A stretch of DNA of 64,000 bases, from IMG/VR virus record IMGVR_UViG_3300021431_000013; one strand, written 5' to 3'. This document shows positions 18,829 to 29,814 of the stretch, piece after piece. This stretch comes from an uncultured virus (IMG/VR IMGVR_UViG_3300021431_000013) (Duplodnaviria > Heunggongvirae > Uroviricota > Caudoviricetes). The position numbers were made by a program, and so were the translations under genes. The notes beneath the pieces were generated by a model. It was given only the letters and a program-made list of their open reading frames with translations. It was not told the origin of the DNA and searched no databases. How positions within the stretch are numbered: the first letter of the stretch is position 1; each line of letters starts with the position of its first letter.

Positions 18829-19779
18829 CATGGGAAGACTTTCTCAATGTAGACATATCCAGTAATTACAATGGTCAGGTGCAGACGGATATAGTATGCC
18901 CAAGATGCGGTAGAAACATCTATCTGGATAACACAATCGTATTAACGTCTTATCCGTGCCAATACAGTTATTGGTGTTCTTGTGGATGGGGCGGTTCTGC
19001 ACACAAGAGATGGATGAAGGAAGGAGATATAGAATGACATTAGACGAAGCTATCGCCCACGCTGAATATGTCGCAGACTATGACTGCTATGGAGAAGCAC
19101 AACGCAAGTGTGCAGAAGACCACAGACAGCTTGCTGAGTGGTTGAGAGAACTGAAGGAACGCAGAATAAAGGACGGTGATACAGAATGAGTCATTACATG
19201 GTTTTTTTAAATACAGGCGAAACGGTTCATGTTTGGGCAACGGATTCTACATGGGATGTGAGCAAAAAACTGCTTAGTTTTACTATTAATTTAAAAAATA
19301 TGGCTATCTTCAACACTGATAATATCTGCGGATTTGTGGATTGTAGCTTTATGGAGTGTAACAAGGACGATGATGAGTAATGATTGATTACAAAAAACTC
19401 GGTTTGAGGTACATGAGATATAATGACAAGCCCTATGTTTTGCGATGGACACCAGTTGGTGAATGGATAGAACGTGATGATGAAATCGTGCTTTGCGAGT
19501 GTTCAGTGTGCCATGAAAAGTATAATTTGTATGAAGAGCATGTTCTCGGCAGAAAATTCTGCCCAAATTGCGGTGCGATGATGATGGGAGGTATAGCATA
19601 GAATGACAGTTAAAGATTTAATATTAGAATTATTGGAATGTGATTTAAATAAACGAGTATCATTTGAGTATCCGTTATCAGAACATGGTAGTTTAACTGG
19701 AAACTTTTATAACTATGAAGAAGCGGATACTGTGCAGGTCATTGAACAAGAATATGAAGTTATTATAGGCGTTGAATAA
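18825..19779 (+). CDS. Run of five small hypothetical ORFs (18825-19037, 19034-19189, 19186-19380, 19380-19601, 19603-19779), several with zinc ribbons
   Basis: Overlapping stop/start codons with RBSs; CPRCG, CSVC...FCPNCGA. Confidence 0.6.
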
Positions 19780-20801
19780 TGCGGATAAACGATGTTAATT
19801 TTAATGTAGAGTTAGAAGATATTTTAATAGAATTAATATCCCAGTTACGAGCAAATAACATACAGCTAATACAGAAATATAAAGACGGACCTACTCACAT
19901 ACAAATCTGCTGTCCTTATCATGCAAACGGTATGGAACGAAGACCATCTGCGGGATTGAGAAAAGAAGACGGAATCTTTCACTGTTTCGCATGTGGAGAA
20001 GTACATAGTTTACAAGAAGTGATTTCTTATTGTTTCGGGTATACAGATGATGTAGTCGGTAAGTTTGGGTGGCAGTGGTTATTAAAGAATTTCGCAACAG
20101 TACAAGCTGAGGAGAGAAAAGATGTTGAACTTGACTTTACGAGATTTAATACTGATGTTGATTCTGTTAGAAATAATATACAGAATCAAAGATTTGTTTC
20201 GGAAGAAGAATTAGATAAATATAGATATACACACCCATATATGTATAAACGAGGGTTGACAGATGAGATTATTGATTTATTTGATATTGGGTATGATAGC
20301 GTATCTGATTGTATCACTTTCCCTGTCCGTGATATTAATGGTAATACTCTGTTCGTTGCTCGGCGCTCTGTCAATACTAAATTCTTTAATTACCCGGAAG
20401 GTGTAGAAAAACCGCTTTATGGATTGTATGAATTGAAATTTATTTCTGAACTAGAAATAAAAAGTCCTTCAACTGGTGAATTTCATAAACTCAGGTATCC
20501 GCCAGAAATTATAGTGTGTGAATCTATGTTAGACGCATTATCATTTTGGACAGTTGGTAAATATGCTGTCGCACTTAACGGACTTGGAAACGAACTTCAG
20601 TTTAAACAATTAAGAGAATTGCCGTGTAGAAAGATAATTCTTGCAACAGACATGGATGAAAGGGGATTAGATGCGAGAAAAAGAATAAGGCTAAATATAC
20701 AGAATAGAAAAATAATAACAGAATATTATTTTCCAAAAGGTAGAAAAGATGCGAACGAGTGTTCGAAAGAAGAATTAATGAATTTGGAGGAGGTATTTTA
20801 G
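19779..20801 (+). CDS. dnaG: DNA primase (CHC2 zinc finger plus TOPRIM)
   Basis: CPYH...CFAC, VCESMLDA, ATDMDERG, KDANE. Confidence 0.92.
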   Translation: MRINDVNFNVELEDILIELISQLRANNIQLIQKYKDGPTHIQICCPYHANGMERRPSAGLRKEDGIFHCFACGEVHSLQEVISYCFGYTDDVVGKFGWQWLLKNFATVQAEERKDVELDFTRFNTDVDSVRNNIQNQRFVSEEELDKYRYTHPYMYKRGLTDEIIDLFDIGYDSVSDCITFPVRDINGNTLFVARRSVNTKFFNYPEGVEKPLYGLYELKFISELEIKSPSTGEFHKLRYPPEIIVCESMLDALSFWTVGKYAVALNGLGNELQFKQLRELPCRKIILATDMDERGLDARKRIRLNIQNRKIITEYYFPKGRKDANECSKEELMNLEEVF

Positions 20802-20802
20802 A

Positions 20803-21690
20803 ATGTACGATGAAGTAATTAACCACATGACAGAAGATGAATTAAGAAATTATGTAAAGCATCAAAACAGCGTTGTAGAAGCATCACAGAAATTAAATCA
20901 TGCCAATCAAGAACTTGTACATTTTTGGAAACAGATTGTTGTTTCCTCGGAGTATCAACATGATTGTTTATTGAATCGAAATAATAGGTTGCAAGAATTA
21001 CGCGGAATTGAAAAAGAGTTAGAGCAGAAGTATGACGAGTTTATTCCTAAACCAATGTGTGGTTGCGAGGTAAAGTAATAATGTTTATACAATTAAATGA
21101 GTGGTATTATCACAGTAGTATGTGTGGTTATCTAACAAGACCGTTAGCAGTAAACGTCGATGAAATTTCTGATTTTCACGATACAGATGATGTTGATAGA
21201 GGTTATTGCAAAGCGACTAAGATTTCATTAAAAAATGGTAGAACTTATAATGTAAAGGAATCTTATAAAAAGATTATGGAGATGATTACAAAATGAAATG
21301 TCCAGAAGACTGTATAAGTTACGCCGTAATATGTAAAAAATTTCCAATTCCGCAATCACGTTTTAATTCATATGATTTAGCAGTTAAATGGGCAAAAATG
21401 AATCAACGAAACAATAGACCTTATTATATTGTAAGATGTGTTGAAAAATTTGAAATATTGGAGAAAGTATTTTGAAAATAGATATTGATGTATTTAAAGA
21501 CTGGCATCCGTGGAAAGTAATGTGTACAGATGGTAAATTAAGTGAGTTTAAAGCACTTTATTTTAAACCAGATTTTAGTAATAATACACTTAGTTATGTT
21601 GTTAGCGTGAGAAAGTTTGCTCTTAAAATCACTGAGGATTTTGAATTTACAGATTTAAGTGAAGCTATAGAGTGTTATAATAATTTATAG
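20803..21690 (+). CDS. Four small hypothetical ORFs (20803-21078, 21081-21296, 21293-21475, 21472-21690)
   Basis: Tightly packed ORFs with RBSs. Confidence 0.55.
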
Positions 21691-21710
21691 AATGGAGAAA
21701 GAGAGAATAG

Positions 21711-22184
21711 ATGATTATTATAGGTTATCCTGGAATAGGCAAGTCAAGTATTGCTGGCAAGAATGATATTATAGATTTAGAGAGTGGAAACTTTTGGGCA
21801 GAAGGAAAAAGACCCAATAATTGGTATGTATGCTATTGCAATATCGCAGAACATTTATCAAGACAGGGCTATATTGTATTTGTAAGTTCTCATAAGGTTG
21901 TATATGAAAGACTGAAGAAATATAGTAAAGAAGCTATTTATGCTATATTTCCCGCATCATCTTTGAGAGATGCGTGGGTAGAAAGACTGAAGACAAGATA
22001 TGAAACCACTAAACTTTCGAAAGATTTTAAAGCGTGGCAACATGCTGCCTTCGAATTTAGGGAAGATATATGGGATTTAATGAATTGTGGCATTAAGTTT
22101 TATGTAATCAACGATATGGAGTATAGACTACAGGATATTATAGACTATATCGTAGATTTTAATAGTGAATGGCGTAAGAAATAA
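21711..22184 (+). CDS. P-loop nucleotide kinase-like protein
   Basis: IIIGYPGIGKS at the N-terminus. Confidence 0.7.
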   Translation: MIIIGYPGIGKSSIAGKNDIIDLESGNFWAEGKRPNNWYVCYCNIAEHLSRQGYIVFVSSHKVVYERLKKYSKEAIYAIFPASSLRDAWVERLKTRYETTKLSKDFKAWQHAAFEFREDIWDLMNCGIKFYVINDMEYRLQDIIDYIVDFNSEWRKK

Positions 22185-22198
22185 AGTTAAAATATTAG

Positions 22199-22227
22199 TT
22201 GACATTAATAGTAATGTGTAGTATAAT
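22199..22227 (+). promoter_or_regulatory. Promoter of the SSB-polymerase operon
   Basis: TTGACA-17-TATAAT with TGTGTAG. Confidence 0.8.
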
Positions 22228-22275
22228 TAAATTGTCAGAAGACAAAACAAATAAAAATAGTAAAGGAGAGTAACT

Positions 22276-22932
22276 ATGGCAAGATTTAATTACGATGAAG
22301 CAGACCATTATGGCGGACAAGGGGGAGCAGGATATTTCTCGCTCAAGAATGACAAAGATGTTGCCCGTGTACGTTTCATGTACAATGACATTGATGATGT
22401 TGAAGGGTACGCTGTGCATCAGGTTGAGATTGATGGAAGAAAGCGTTGGGTGAATTGTCTCAGAGAATACAATGAGCCGAAAGACAAATGCCCGTTCTGT
22501 AGAGAAAACATGTTTACATCAGCAAAGCTGTTTGTGCCTATTTATGATGTAGATAACGATAGGGTGCAGATTTGGGAGAGAGGTAAAAAGTTTATCGGTA
22601 AGATTTCTTCTATCTGTGCTAGATACCCGAATGTTGTCTCTCATATATTTGAAATTGAGAGAAACGGACAGAAGGGTGATACATCTACAACATATGAAAT
22701 TTATGAGGTAGATAGAGACGACACTACACTTGAAGACCTTCCGGAGAAGAGAGAAATTCTTGGCACTGTCGTACTTGATAAGTCAGCAGATGATATGGAT
22801 TTCTTCTTAGATAATGGATATTTTCCGCCGGATGGTGATGAAGCACCAGTTAGAAGACGTTCGAATAGACAGGAAGAATCAACAGATAGAGGAACAAGAA
22901 GAACTCCAGCAGGTCGAAGGGATAGATTCTAA
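22276..22932 (+). CDS. Single-stranded DNA-binding protein (gp32-like)
   Basis: YFSLKNDKD..VRF, H...C...CPFC zinc site, acidic C-terminal region; directly upstream of the polymerase. Confidence 0.7.
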   Translation: MARFNYDEADHYGGQGGAGYFSLKNDKDVARVRFMYNDIDDVEGYAVHQVEIDGRKRWVNCLREYNEPKDKCPFCRENMFTSAKLFVPIYDVDNDRVQIWERGKKFIGKISSICARYPNVVSHIFEIERNGQKGDTSTTYEIYEVDRDDTTLEDLPEKREILGTVVLDKSADDMDFFLDNGYFPPDGDEAPVRRRSNRQEESTDRGTRRTPAGRRDRF

Positions 22933-25247
22933 TGGCATTATTTAATGTCCCCAAAAGAGCGGGTCGAGAACAAGATAGGGCTATTGCAAGTAAATCAAAG
23001 TCAAAAACACGAAGTACTACTACTGTAAGAGGTAGTGGAGTACTAGGACAGATAAATCAGATTAAAGCAATGGTCGAAAAGTATCTCGGCAAGTTCAAAG
23101 ACGATTATGTTATTATCACAACAGAGAAACAGTTACACGATTATATTAGTCGTAGCATTGAGAATCGTGTAATTAGTATAGATACAGAAACAACAGGACT
23201 TGACCCGATACTTGATGATATTGTTGGTTTGTGCTTATATACGCCAAATCAGCCAGCGGCTTATATTCCAATTAATCATGTATCGTATGTTACTGGAGTT
23301 AAAGTAGATAATCAGTTAGACAAGGAAATTATTCTGTATAATTTAGAAAGATGTTCTAAGGCTAACATTGATTCTATAATGTTTAATGCAAAATTTGATA
23401 TTCGTGTATTACGAAATCAGATAGGGTGGAAAGAAGCATACTGTACATGGGATTGTTATTTAGCTAGCAGACTTCTTAATGAAAATGAAGAATCTAAAGG
23501 ACTTAAAGCATTACACCAGAAATATGTACTTGATGGCAAAGAAGATGAATTTAAGTTTGATGCTTTGTTTAAAGGAATAACAGCAGATAAAATCCCAATA
23601 AATACATTCTATTTGTATGCGGCACATGATGCAATTATAACGTATGAATTGTATCAGTATCAGAAACAGTATTTGTACTATGATAGAACAGTTACACCTG
23701 AATCAAGAAATGGTATGAATGGTGTATCATGGGTATTCTTCAATATAGAAATGCCATGTGTAAAAGTAGTTTGTGATATGGAAGATAACGGCATTAAGTT
23801 CGATATGAATTATCAGCAAGTGTTATCTGAAAAGTATAATAAACTGCTAGAAGAGAAAACAGCAGAGTTTTATAAGTGTTGTGCTGTATATAACGAAGAG
23901 ATAGAAGCATACAAGAAGCAGAACATTAATCATAAACTCGATACACCGATTAATATCGGTAGTCCAACTCAGATTGCAATTCTTTTGTACGACATTATGA
24001 AAGTTGAACCGCCCGACCCGAAAAGTCCGAGAGGAACAGGAGAAGCAATTTTACAGAAGATTGATAGTCCAATAGCGAAAGCAATTCTCGATTATAGAGA
24101 AATGTCAAAGCTGGTATCTACGTATATTGATAAACTTCCTAATTGTGTAAATCCTAAAGATGGAAGAATACACTGTAGCTTTAATCAGTATGGAGCAGAT
24201 ACAGGAAGATTTAGTTCATCTGACCCGAATCTTCAGAACATCCCATCGCACAACAAGGATATTAGAAAGATGTTTGTAGCATCTGATGGATATGTTTTAA
24301 TGTCCTCGGACTACTCGCAACAGGAACCAAAAGTAATGACACAGATGTGCGGCGACCCGAAAATGATTAAAGCATATCAAGAAGGGAAAGATTTGTATGC
24401 AGAAATTGCGGCGTTATCCTTTAATACAACCTATGAAAATTGCCTTGAGTTCCGTCCGGATGGAACAACGAATCCAGAAGGAAAAAATAGAAGAAGTCAG
24501 GCAAAGTCAATCTTACTTGGTGTGCTATATGGCAGGGGGGTACCCTCTATTGCAGAACAACTTGGGACTACTACAAAAAAAGCACAAGCAATAAAAGATT
24601 CTGTATTCAAAGGATTTCCAGCAATACCAAAGTTTGAACAAGATAGTTTAGATATGGCTTATGAAAAAGGATACGTTACAACACTGTGGGGTAGAAAAAG
24701 AAGATTGCCCGATTTACAGTTACCTGAGTACGAGTTCAAGTGGACAGATGGAGCACCGCCAGATGACGATTTGCTTGATTTTACTGAGGATGAAAGCACT
24801 GGAATGGTGGGAGTGTCAGAAGTGCCTAGCGAGATTCAAGACAAATATATCAGAAGATTGAGACAGGCGTACTTTGGGCAGAAAAGAAAAATCTTCGAAG
24901 AAGCAAACAAAGAAGGAATATGGATTGTTGATAACGGAGGAAAGATAGCAGATGCACAAAGACAATGTGTAAACGCTAGAATCCAAGGTTCAGCCGCAGA
25001 TATGAGTAAGTTAGCAATGATTTTAGTCGGCAATGACGAAAGACTAAAAGAGTTAGGATTCAGACTTCTTATACCTGTACACGATGAATTAATAGCGGAA
25101 TGTCCAGAAGAAAATGTAAAAGAATGTTCTGAAAGATTCGCAATGTTAATGTCAAAAGCGGCAGAGAGTAGATTAACAATTCCAATCAAGTGCGATGTTG
25201 AAATCACGAGAGAATGGTATGGAGATAGTATAGATTATGGCATTTGA
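22932..25247 (+). CDS. polA: Family A DNA polymerase with 3'-5' exonuclease (no 5'-3' exonuclease domain seen)
   Basis: DTETTG, TGRFSSSDPNLQNIP, DYSQQE, RSQAKSILLGVLYG, IQGSAAD, VHDEL. Confidence 0.96.
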   Translation: MALFNVPKRAGREQDRAIASKSKSKTRSTTTVRGSGVLGQINQIKAMVEKYLGKFKDDYVIITTEKQLHDYISRSIENRVISIDTETTGLDPILDDIVGLCLYTPNQPAAYIPINHVSYVTGVKVDNQLDKEIILYNLERCSKANIDSIMFNAKFDIRVLRNQIGWKEAYCTWDCYLASRLLNENEESKGLKALHQKYVLDGKEDEFKFDALFKGITADKIPINTFYLYAAHDAIITYELYQYQKQYLYYDRTVTPESRNGMNGVSWVFFNIEMPCVKVVCDMEDNGIKFDMNYQQVLSEKYNKLLEEKTAEFYKCCAVYNEEIEAYKKQNINHKLDTPINIGSPTQIAILLYDIMKVEPPDPKSPRGTGEAILQKIDSPIAKAILDYREMSKLVSTYIDKLPNCVNPKDGRIHCSFNQYGADTGRFSSSDPNLQNIPSHNKDIRKMFVASDGYVLMSSDYSQQEPKVMTQMCGDPKMIKAYQEGKDLYAEIAALSFNTTYENCLEFRPDGTTNPEGKNRRSQAKSILLGVLYGRGVPSIAEQLGTTTKKAQAIKDSVFKGFPAIPKFEQDSLDMAYEKGYVTTLWGRKRRLPDLQLPEYEFKWTDGAPPDDDLLDFTEDESTGMVGVSEVPSEIQDKYIRRLRQAYFGQKRKIFEEANKEGIWIVDNGGKIADAQRQCVNARIQGSAADMSKLAMILVGNDERLKELGFRLLIPVHDELIAECPEENVKECSERFAMLMSKAAESRLTIPIKCDVEITREWYGDSIDYGI

Positions 25248-26133
25248 TTTTTATTTTGCGGGTGCAACAACAGAACGTATTCGTAACTGGTTGGTGTCTA
25301 TTAATGCAAATGTATTAAAATCATATTATACTGATAAGTCTGTTATAATGAAATTTTTTGAACATAAACGTAATGGTTGGACTGGTAAGTTGATGATTGA
25401 TAATGGTGAGTTTTCATTTCATCGCCACGGAGGAAGTATAGATATTGATGAATATATAGCGTGGTTAAATAAGTATGATGAGTTTATTGATTATGCGATA
25501 GCAGTTGATAATATACCCGGTAAATGGAGACAACCTAGAACACTAAAGGACTATCAAATATCGACACAGAAAACATGGGAAAATTATTTGTATATGGTTG
25601 AACGTGTTAGGTCACCTAATAAATTACTACCAGTGTTTCATCAAGGAGATGATTTTTCAGCACTTGAGCGTTTTTTATCGTTACCTGATTTAAAATATAT
25701 GTGTATTGCTGGTAGTAAGGATTTAACAAATGCAGATAGGGAAGCCTTTTACGAAAAGTGTTTTGATATAATTGATAAATTACGTCCCGACATGAAGGTT
25801 CATTGTTTGGGCAGTGCAACACTTTCAAATGTTGAGAGGTTTAGATTTGTAAGTTTAGATTCAACAACATGCAATATGGTAGCCGCTATGGGAAATATAT
25901 TTATAGATGGGCAGGTAACATATGTTGGTGACGAGTTAAAAACGCTTAAATTATTGGGTAAAGATTATGTGACAGCATTAAATCATTATTGTGTTAAGTA
26001 TGGAATAGATATTAATGATATTGGTTCTGATTATCAATCACGGTGTATGTTTAACATAAGATATATGTTTGATAAAAGTTTTACCACACATACGATTAAA
26101 ACAAGTGTTAAAAGGAAGAGGTTGTTTTCATGA
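25237..26133 (+). CDS. TGT-fold transglycosylase (DpdA-like, probably inserting 7-deazaguanine into DNA)
   Basis: LMIDNGEFS, AVDNIPG, LPVFHQG, VHCLG, SLDSTT resemble the TGT motif series; lies between polA and queC. Confidence 0.7.
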   Translation: MAFDFYFAGATTERIRNWLVSINANVLKSYYTDKSVIMKFFEHKRNGWTGKLMIDNGEFSFHRHGGSIDIDEYIAWLNKYDEFIDYAIAVDNIPGKWRQPRTLKDYQISTQKTWENYLYMVERVRSPNKLLPVFHQGDDFSALERFLSLPDLKYMCIAGSKDLTNADREAFYEKCFDIIDKLRPDMKVHCLGSATLSNVERFRFVSLDSTTCNMVAAMGNIFIDGQVTYVGDELKTLKLLGKDYVTALNHYCVKYGIDINDIGSDYQSRCMFNIRYMFDKSFTTHTIKTSVKRKRLFS

Positions 26134-26693
26134 AAAAGGTGTTATTGTATAGCGGAGGTATGGATAGTTATATAATTTCAAAATTATGGAATCCTGATGT
26201 GCGATTATATATAGATTATCATACGCAACAAACCGCCATTGAACGTAGTAAACTTCCACCGGACGTAATTATTATTGACCTTCCGTTAGATCGTTTTATG
26301 AGTAACGATGGAAAAAATATTATTGCGTTAAGAAATTTAATTTTTTCAGCCATTGCTATAAATTTTGGTGATGTAATTGCACTCGGCGGTGTCGCTGATG
26401 ATGTACATTTTGATAGTGCAGAGGAATTTGTTAATGACGCTACATTATTGTTTAATAAATTTTTTGAACATGAGGGTATGCAAAAAGTTACAATAACTGT
26501 TCCATATAAACAATATACAAAGGAGCAGTTACTTGAATTATACGTTGATGCAGGTTACTCATTAGATGATTTACTTAATGAGTCATGGAGTTGTTATGCA
26601 CCACGTGATGATGGAACAGAGTGCTGTGTGTGCCCCGCATGTAAACGAAAAATAGATGCAATCAATTATGTGAGAAATAGGAGGAAAATATAA
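26130..26693 (+). CDS. queC: 7-cyano-7-deazaguanine synthase-like
   Basis: LYSGGMDS PP-loop, LRNLIF, SWSCY...CxxCPAC. Confidence 0.88.
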   Translation: MKKVLLYSGGMDSYIISKLWNPDVRLYIDYHTQQTAIERSKLPPDVIIIDLPLDRFMSNDGKNIIALRNLIFSAIAINFGDVIALGGVADDVHFDSAEEFVNDATLLFNKFFEHEGMQKVTITVPYKQYTKEQLLELYVDAGYSLDDLLNESWSCYAPRDDGTECCVCPACKRKIDAINYVRNRRKI

Positions 26694-27008
26694 ATGGCAA
26701 GTTTTGCAAATACACAACGAATTACACATATTACTTTTACACAAAATATTCAATGTTTTTGTCCGCTTGGAAATGATTGGTATACGAATCAAGTAACGGT
26801 TGAATTTGTTCCTTCATCTATTATACCTGATTATTGTGAAATAGATGACTTTACACGTAGCTTAGGAGGCGAGTCCCTTATTATTGAAGATGTTGTTGAA
26901 CGTATCTATACATATATGGAAAATAATTATAAGCCAAGTAGTTTGGTTGTTAAATCGTATGTGTGTGATGCAAAGCACATGCCAGTTACTGTAGTTAAAG
27001 AGAAATAA
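26694..27008 (+). CDS. QueF-like T-fold protein
   Basis: CFCPLGND Cys/Asp motif, IIEDVV Glu; canonical E(S/L)KSxKLY QueF motif not present. Confidence 0.72.
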   Translation: MASFANTQRITHITFTQNIQCFCPLGNDWYTNQVTVEFVPSSIIPDYCEIDDFTRSLGGESLIIEDVVERIYTYMENNYKPSSLVVKSYVCDAKHMPVTVVKEK

Positions 27009-27085
27009 GTTAGTGTGTATCTTACTTACCATATACTTACCACATTAAACATGTGAAATAAAAGGATGTAATAAAAGGAGATAAA

Positions 27086-27763
27086 ATGAGTAATAATATT
27101 TTAGTTTTTGTTGAGGCACTTATTGTTTTTTCTAGCGTTGTTATTTGTAAAAAAGTTTTTGGCAAATCTGGGGTAGTCGCATGGGTTCCGATAGCAACTA
27201 TTTTGGCGAACATTATAACGGCAAAAAATGCTAATATATTTGGCCTAAGTACAGCGATTGGGACAGTTATGTTTGCATCAACGTTTTTGGCAACTGATAT
27301 TTTATCTGAATGTTATTCAAAAGAGGATGCTAAACGAGCCGTATATTTAGGATTGTTTGCTGACATTATATTAATTATTTCTACCCAAATTGCATTAAGA
27401 TATGTGCCAAGTGAATTTGATTATGCTCATGATGCTATGGCAACCCTGTTTTCATTAAATTTACGAATTAGTGTTGCAAGTGCAATAATGTATTTGATTG
27501 CAAATTTGGCAGACATTTATTTATTTAATAAGTTGAAAATGAAGACCCATAATAAAAAATTATGGTTAAGAAATAATTTATCGACCATACTTTGTAATTG
27601 TTTAGAAAATTTCGGGTTTATAGGCATAGCATTTTTTGGAATATATGATATTTCTACGATAATTACAATAGCAGTTAGTACAAGTATTATTGAGTTGTTT
27701 GTTGCATTATTCGATACACCATTTTTATACTTAGCCACGAAATGGGGATGTGTAAGTGAATAA
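27086..27763 (+). CDS. yhhQ: Queuosine-precursor transporter (YhhQ/Vut_1 family)
   Basis: ANIITAK, FLATDILSECY, LWLRNNLST, DTPFLY; multi-TM. Confidence 0.9.
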   Translation: MSNNILVFVEALIVFSSVVICKKVFGKSGVVAWVPIATILANIITAKNANIFGLSTAIGTVMFASTFLATDILSECYSKEDAKRAVYLGLFADIILIISTQIALRYVPSEFDYAHDAMATLFSLNLRISVASAIMYLIANLADIYLFNKLKMKTHNKKLWLRNNLSTILCNCLENFGFIGIAFFGIYDISTIITIAVSTSIIELFVALFDTPFLYLATKWGCVSE

Positions 27764-27971
27764 TGAAGTTCTTGGAGTTGTAGCTACTGTATTTATATTG
27801 TTAGCATTTTTACAAAGCGGCGAATTACGAATTAGAATATTAGATAGTGTTGGAGCAGTATTATTTATTGTGTATGGTATATTGATACAGTCATTTAGTA
27901 CTGTTTTACTAAATAGTATTTTGGTTGTTATTCAAATTGTGAAATTATATAACAGAAAACAAAATAGTTAA
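27756..27971 (+). CDS. Small membrane protein (PQ-loop/YgjV-like, 3 TM)
   Basis: Hydrophobic; LRIRILDSVGAVLFIVYG. Confidence 0.6.
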   Translation: MNNEVLGVVATVFILLAFLQSGELRIRILDSVGAVLFIVYGILIQSFSTVLLNSILVVIQIVKLYNRKQNS

Positions 27972-27977
27972 GGAGAA

Positions 27978-28414
27978 ATGATTATGGGAATGGGAATTAA
28001 TCGTGATGCACCAGAAGGTAGAACATCTGTTCAGATTCATTCAAGAAAACTTGACAGACTTGTTGCTCATAATAATATGAGAAAAGCAGGCTATACGCAG
28101 ATTAATAAGAAGCTGGGCGGAACTAGTAAGTTTGCGAGATATTGGAGACAATACGTTTAAGGAGGAATAAAATGGATAACGAAGCATTAGAAATTGTACG
28201 GCAGTATATTACTGAGCATTTAGACAAGTCAGACCCGAATCCGACATTTGAGGTGTACACTGTTTGGAAAGCAAAGATATTGCAGAACTGGAAGTATCTT
28301 ATTAGTAGCACTCTTTTTGATGGCATGTACTACGAATTGACCTTTAATGGTGATAAAAAAGAGTGGTATTTAGATGCTTATAAGAAGTTTGAAAACCGAG
28401 TTATTAAACATTAA
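27978..28414 (+). CDS. Two small ORFs (27978-28160 basic protein; 28172-28414 DUF6275-like)
   Basis: VWKAKILQNWKYL...MYYELTFNGDKKEWYLDAYKKFEN. Confidence 0.6.
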
Positions 28415-28434
28415 TATTATAGGAGGAAATAACT

Positions 28435-29532
28435 ATGAAACTGAGTATGTCAACTGAGAAGCTGAAAGATATGGTATTGAGAGCATCGAAGGGGTCGGGC
28501 AATAATAAGCTGATTCCAATTACAAGTCTTATGGCGATTGAGTTGAAAGACAATGTATTAACACTTATCACAACAGACGCTACCAATTATCTTTATATCA
28601 AAGAAGACAAGGTTATTGGTGATGATTTCTATGCTGTGGTAGATGCGAATATATTTTCGAAACTGGTTTCTAAACTGACTTATGATATAGTTACACTTGA
28701 AGTTGGCACAAATGCGGTGATGTCTGTTAAGAGCAACGGTAATTATAAGATTGAATTACCGCTTGATGAGAATGGAGAACCCGTTAAGTATCCAGACCCA
28801 TACGCACAGTTACCCGAAACTATTGCAGATGCAGGAATTATTAATCGCTCAACGATTCAAGTTATTTTAGATACAATTAAGCCAGCACTTGCAGTGACAT
28901 TAGAGAATCCGTGTTATACAGGATATTATGTTGGCGATAATGTAGTAGCTACAGATACTTATAAGATTGCTAGTATGAATATCAAGCTGTTTGATGAGCC
29001 AAAACTCATTAGTGCTGAGTTGATGAATCTGTTATCAGTAATTAATGAGGAAAAGATTAATGTAGCAATTAGTGATAATACGATTGTTTATAAGACGCCG
29101 ACATGTATCATCGTTGGTAAGTTTATGGAAGGCTTAGAAGATTACTCTATTGATGCGATTATGGAACTTGTTAATACCGAGTACGATAGTCACTGCACAA
29201 TTCCAAAGAGTGATATTTTACAGTTGCTTGATAGACTTTCATTGTTTGTTGGTGTATATGATAAAAATGCAATCTTCCTTACGTTTACAAGAGATGGTCT
29301 GCAAGTATCATCTAAAGCGGCAAACGGTGTTGAGATTATTGATTATGTAGCAAGCAACAATTTTAAAGAGTTTACATGCCCTGTTGATATTCAGATGTTT
29401 ACACAGGAAGTAAAATCTATTCAGAGTGATGTGATTGATTTGTATTATGGCGAAGATAATGCTATCAAGATGGTAGATGGTAACATTACAATTATTGTTG
29501 CACTGCTCGAGGACGATGCCATTGATGAATAA
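28435..29532 (+). CDS. dnaN: DNA polymerase III beta-like sliding clamp
   Basis: 365 aa; LTLITTD and VVATDTYKIA clamp motifs; clamp-loader genes elsewhere in the window. Confidence 0.8.
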   Translation: MKLSMSTEKLKDMVLRASKGSGNNKLIPITSLMAIELKDNVLTLITTDATNYLYIKEDKVIGDDFYAVVDANIFSKLVSKLTYDIVTLEVGTNAVMSVKSNGNYKIELPLDENGEPVKYPDPYAQLPETIADAGIINRSTIQVILDTIKPALAVTLENPCYTGYYVGDNVVATDTYKIASMNIKLFDEPKLISAELMNLLSVINEEKINVAISDNTIVYKTPTCIIVGKFMEGLEDYSIDAIMELVNTEYDSHCTIPKSDILQLLDRLSLFVGVYDKNAIFLTFTRDGLQVSSKAANGVEIIDYVASNNFKEFTCPVDIQMFTQEVKSIQSDVIDLYYGEDNAIKMVDGNITIIVALLEDDAIDE

Positions 29533-29542
29533 TTAAAGTGAC

Positions 29543-29622
29543 AAATTGTAACTATAAATAGTAAGAAATTCTATTTATAGTTACAATTTTTACTTGACAC
29601 TCTATTGATTATGTAGTATAAT
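29543..29622 (+). terminator. 19-bp perfect inverted repeat with T-run, followed directly by a promoter
   Basis: AAATTGTAACTATAAATAG-9-CTATTTATAGTTACAATTT; TTGACA at 29594, TATAAT at 29617. Confidence 0.7.
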
Positions 29623-29814
29623 ATTAGATAGAAAGAGAGTTAAATATGAAGTGGATAAGAGCAAAAGAAGGACACAGATATACACTAACTGCTTTAGGTG
29701 CAGAAGATTCAAGAATTAGAGCAAAGTACGAGGTAAATCACCCGAACTATAAGCAGTATCAAAAGAGTGTGCCTTCATCTTGGATTGATAAGGGATATGT
29801 TGAGGAGGTAAAAG

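Noticed and set aside
27009..27085. preQ1 riboswitch upstream of yhhQ
   Set aside because: No matching stem/loop and A-rich tail pattern; only short direct repeats (TACTTACCA x2, AATAAAAGGA x2).
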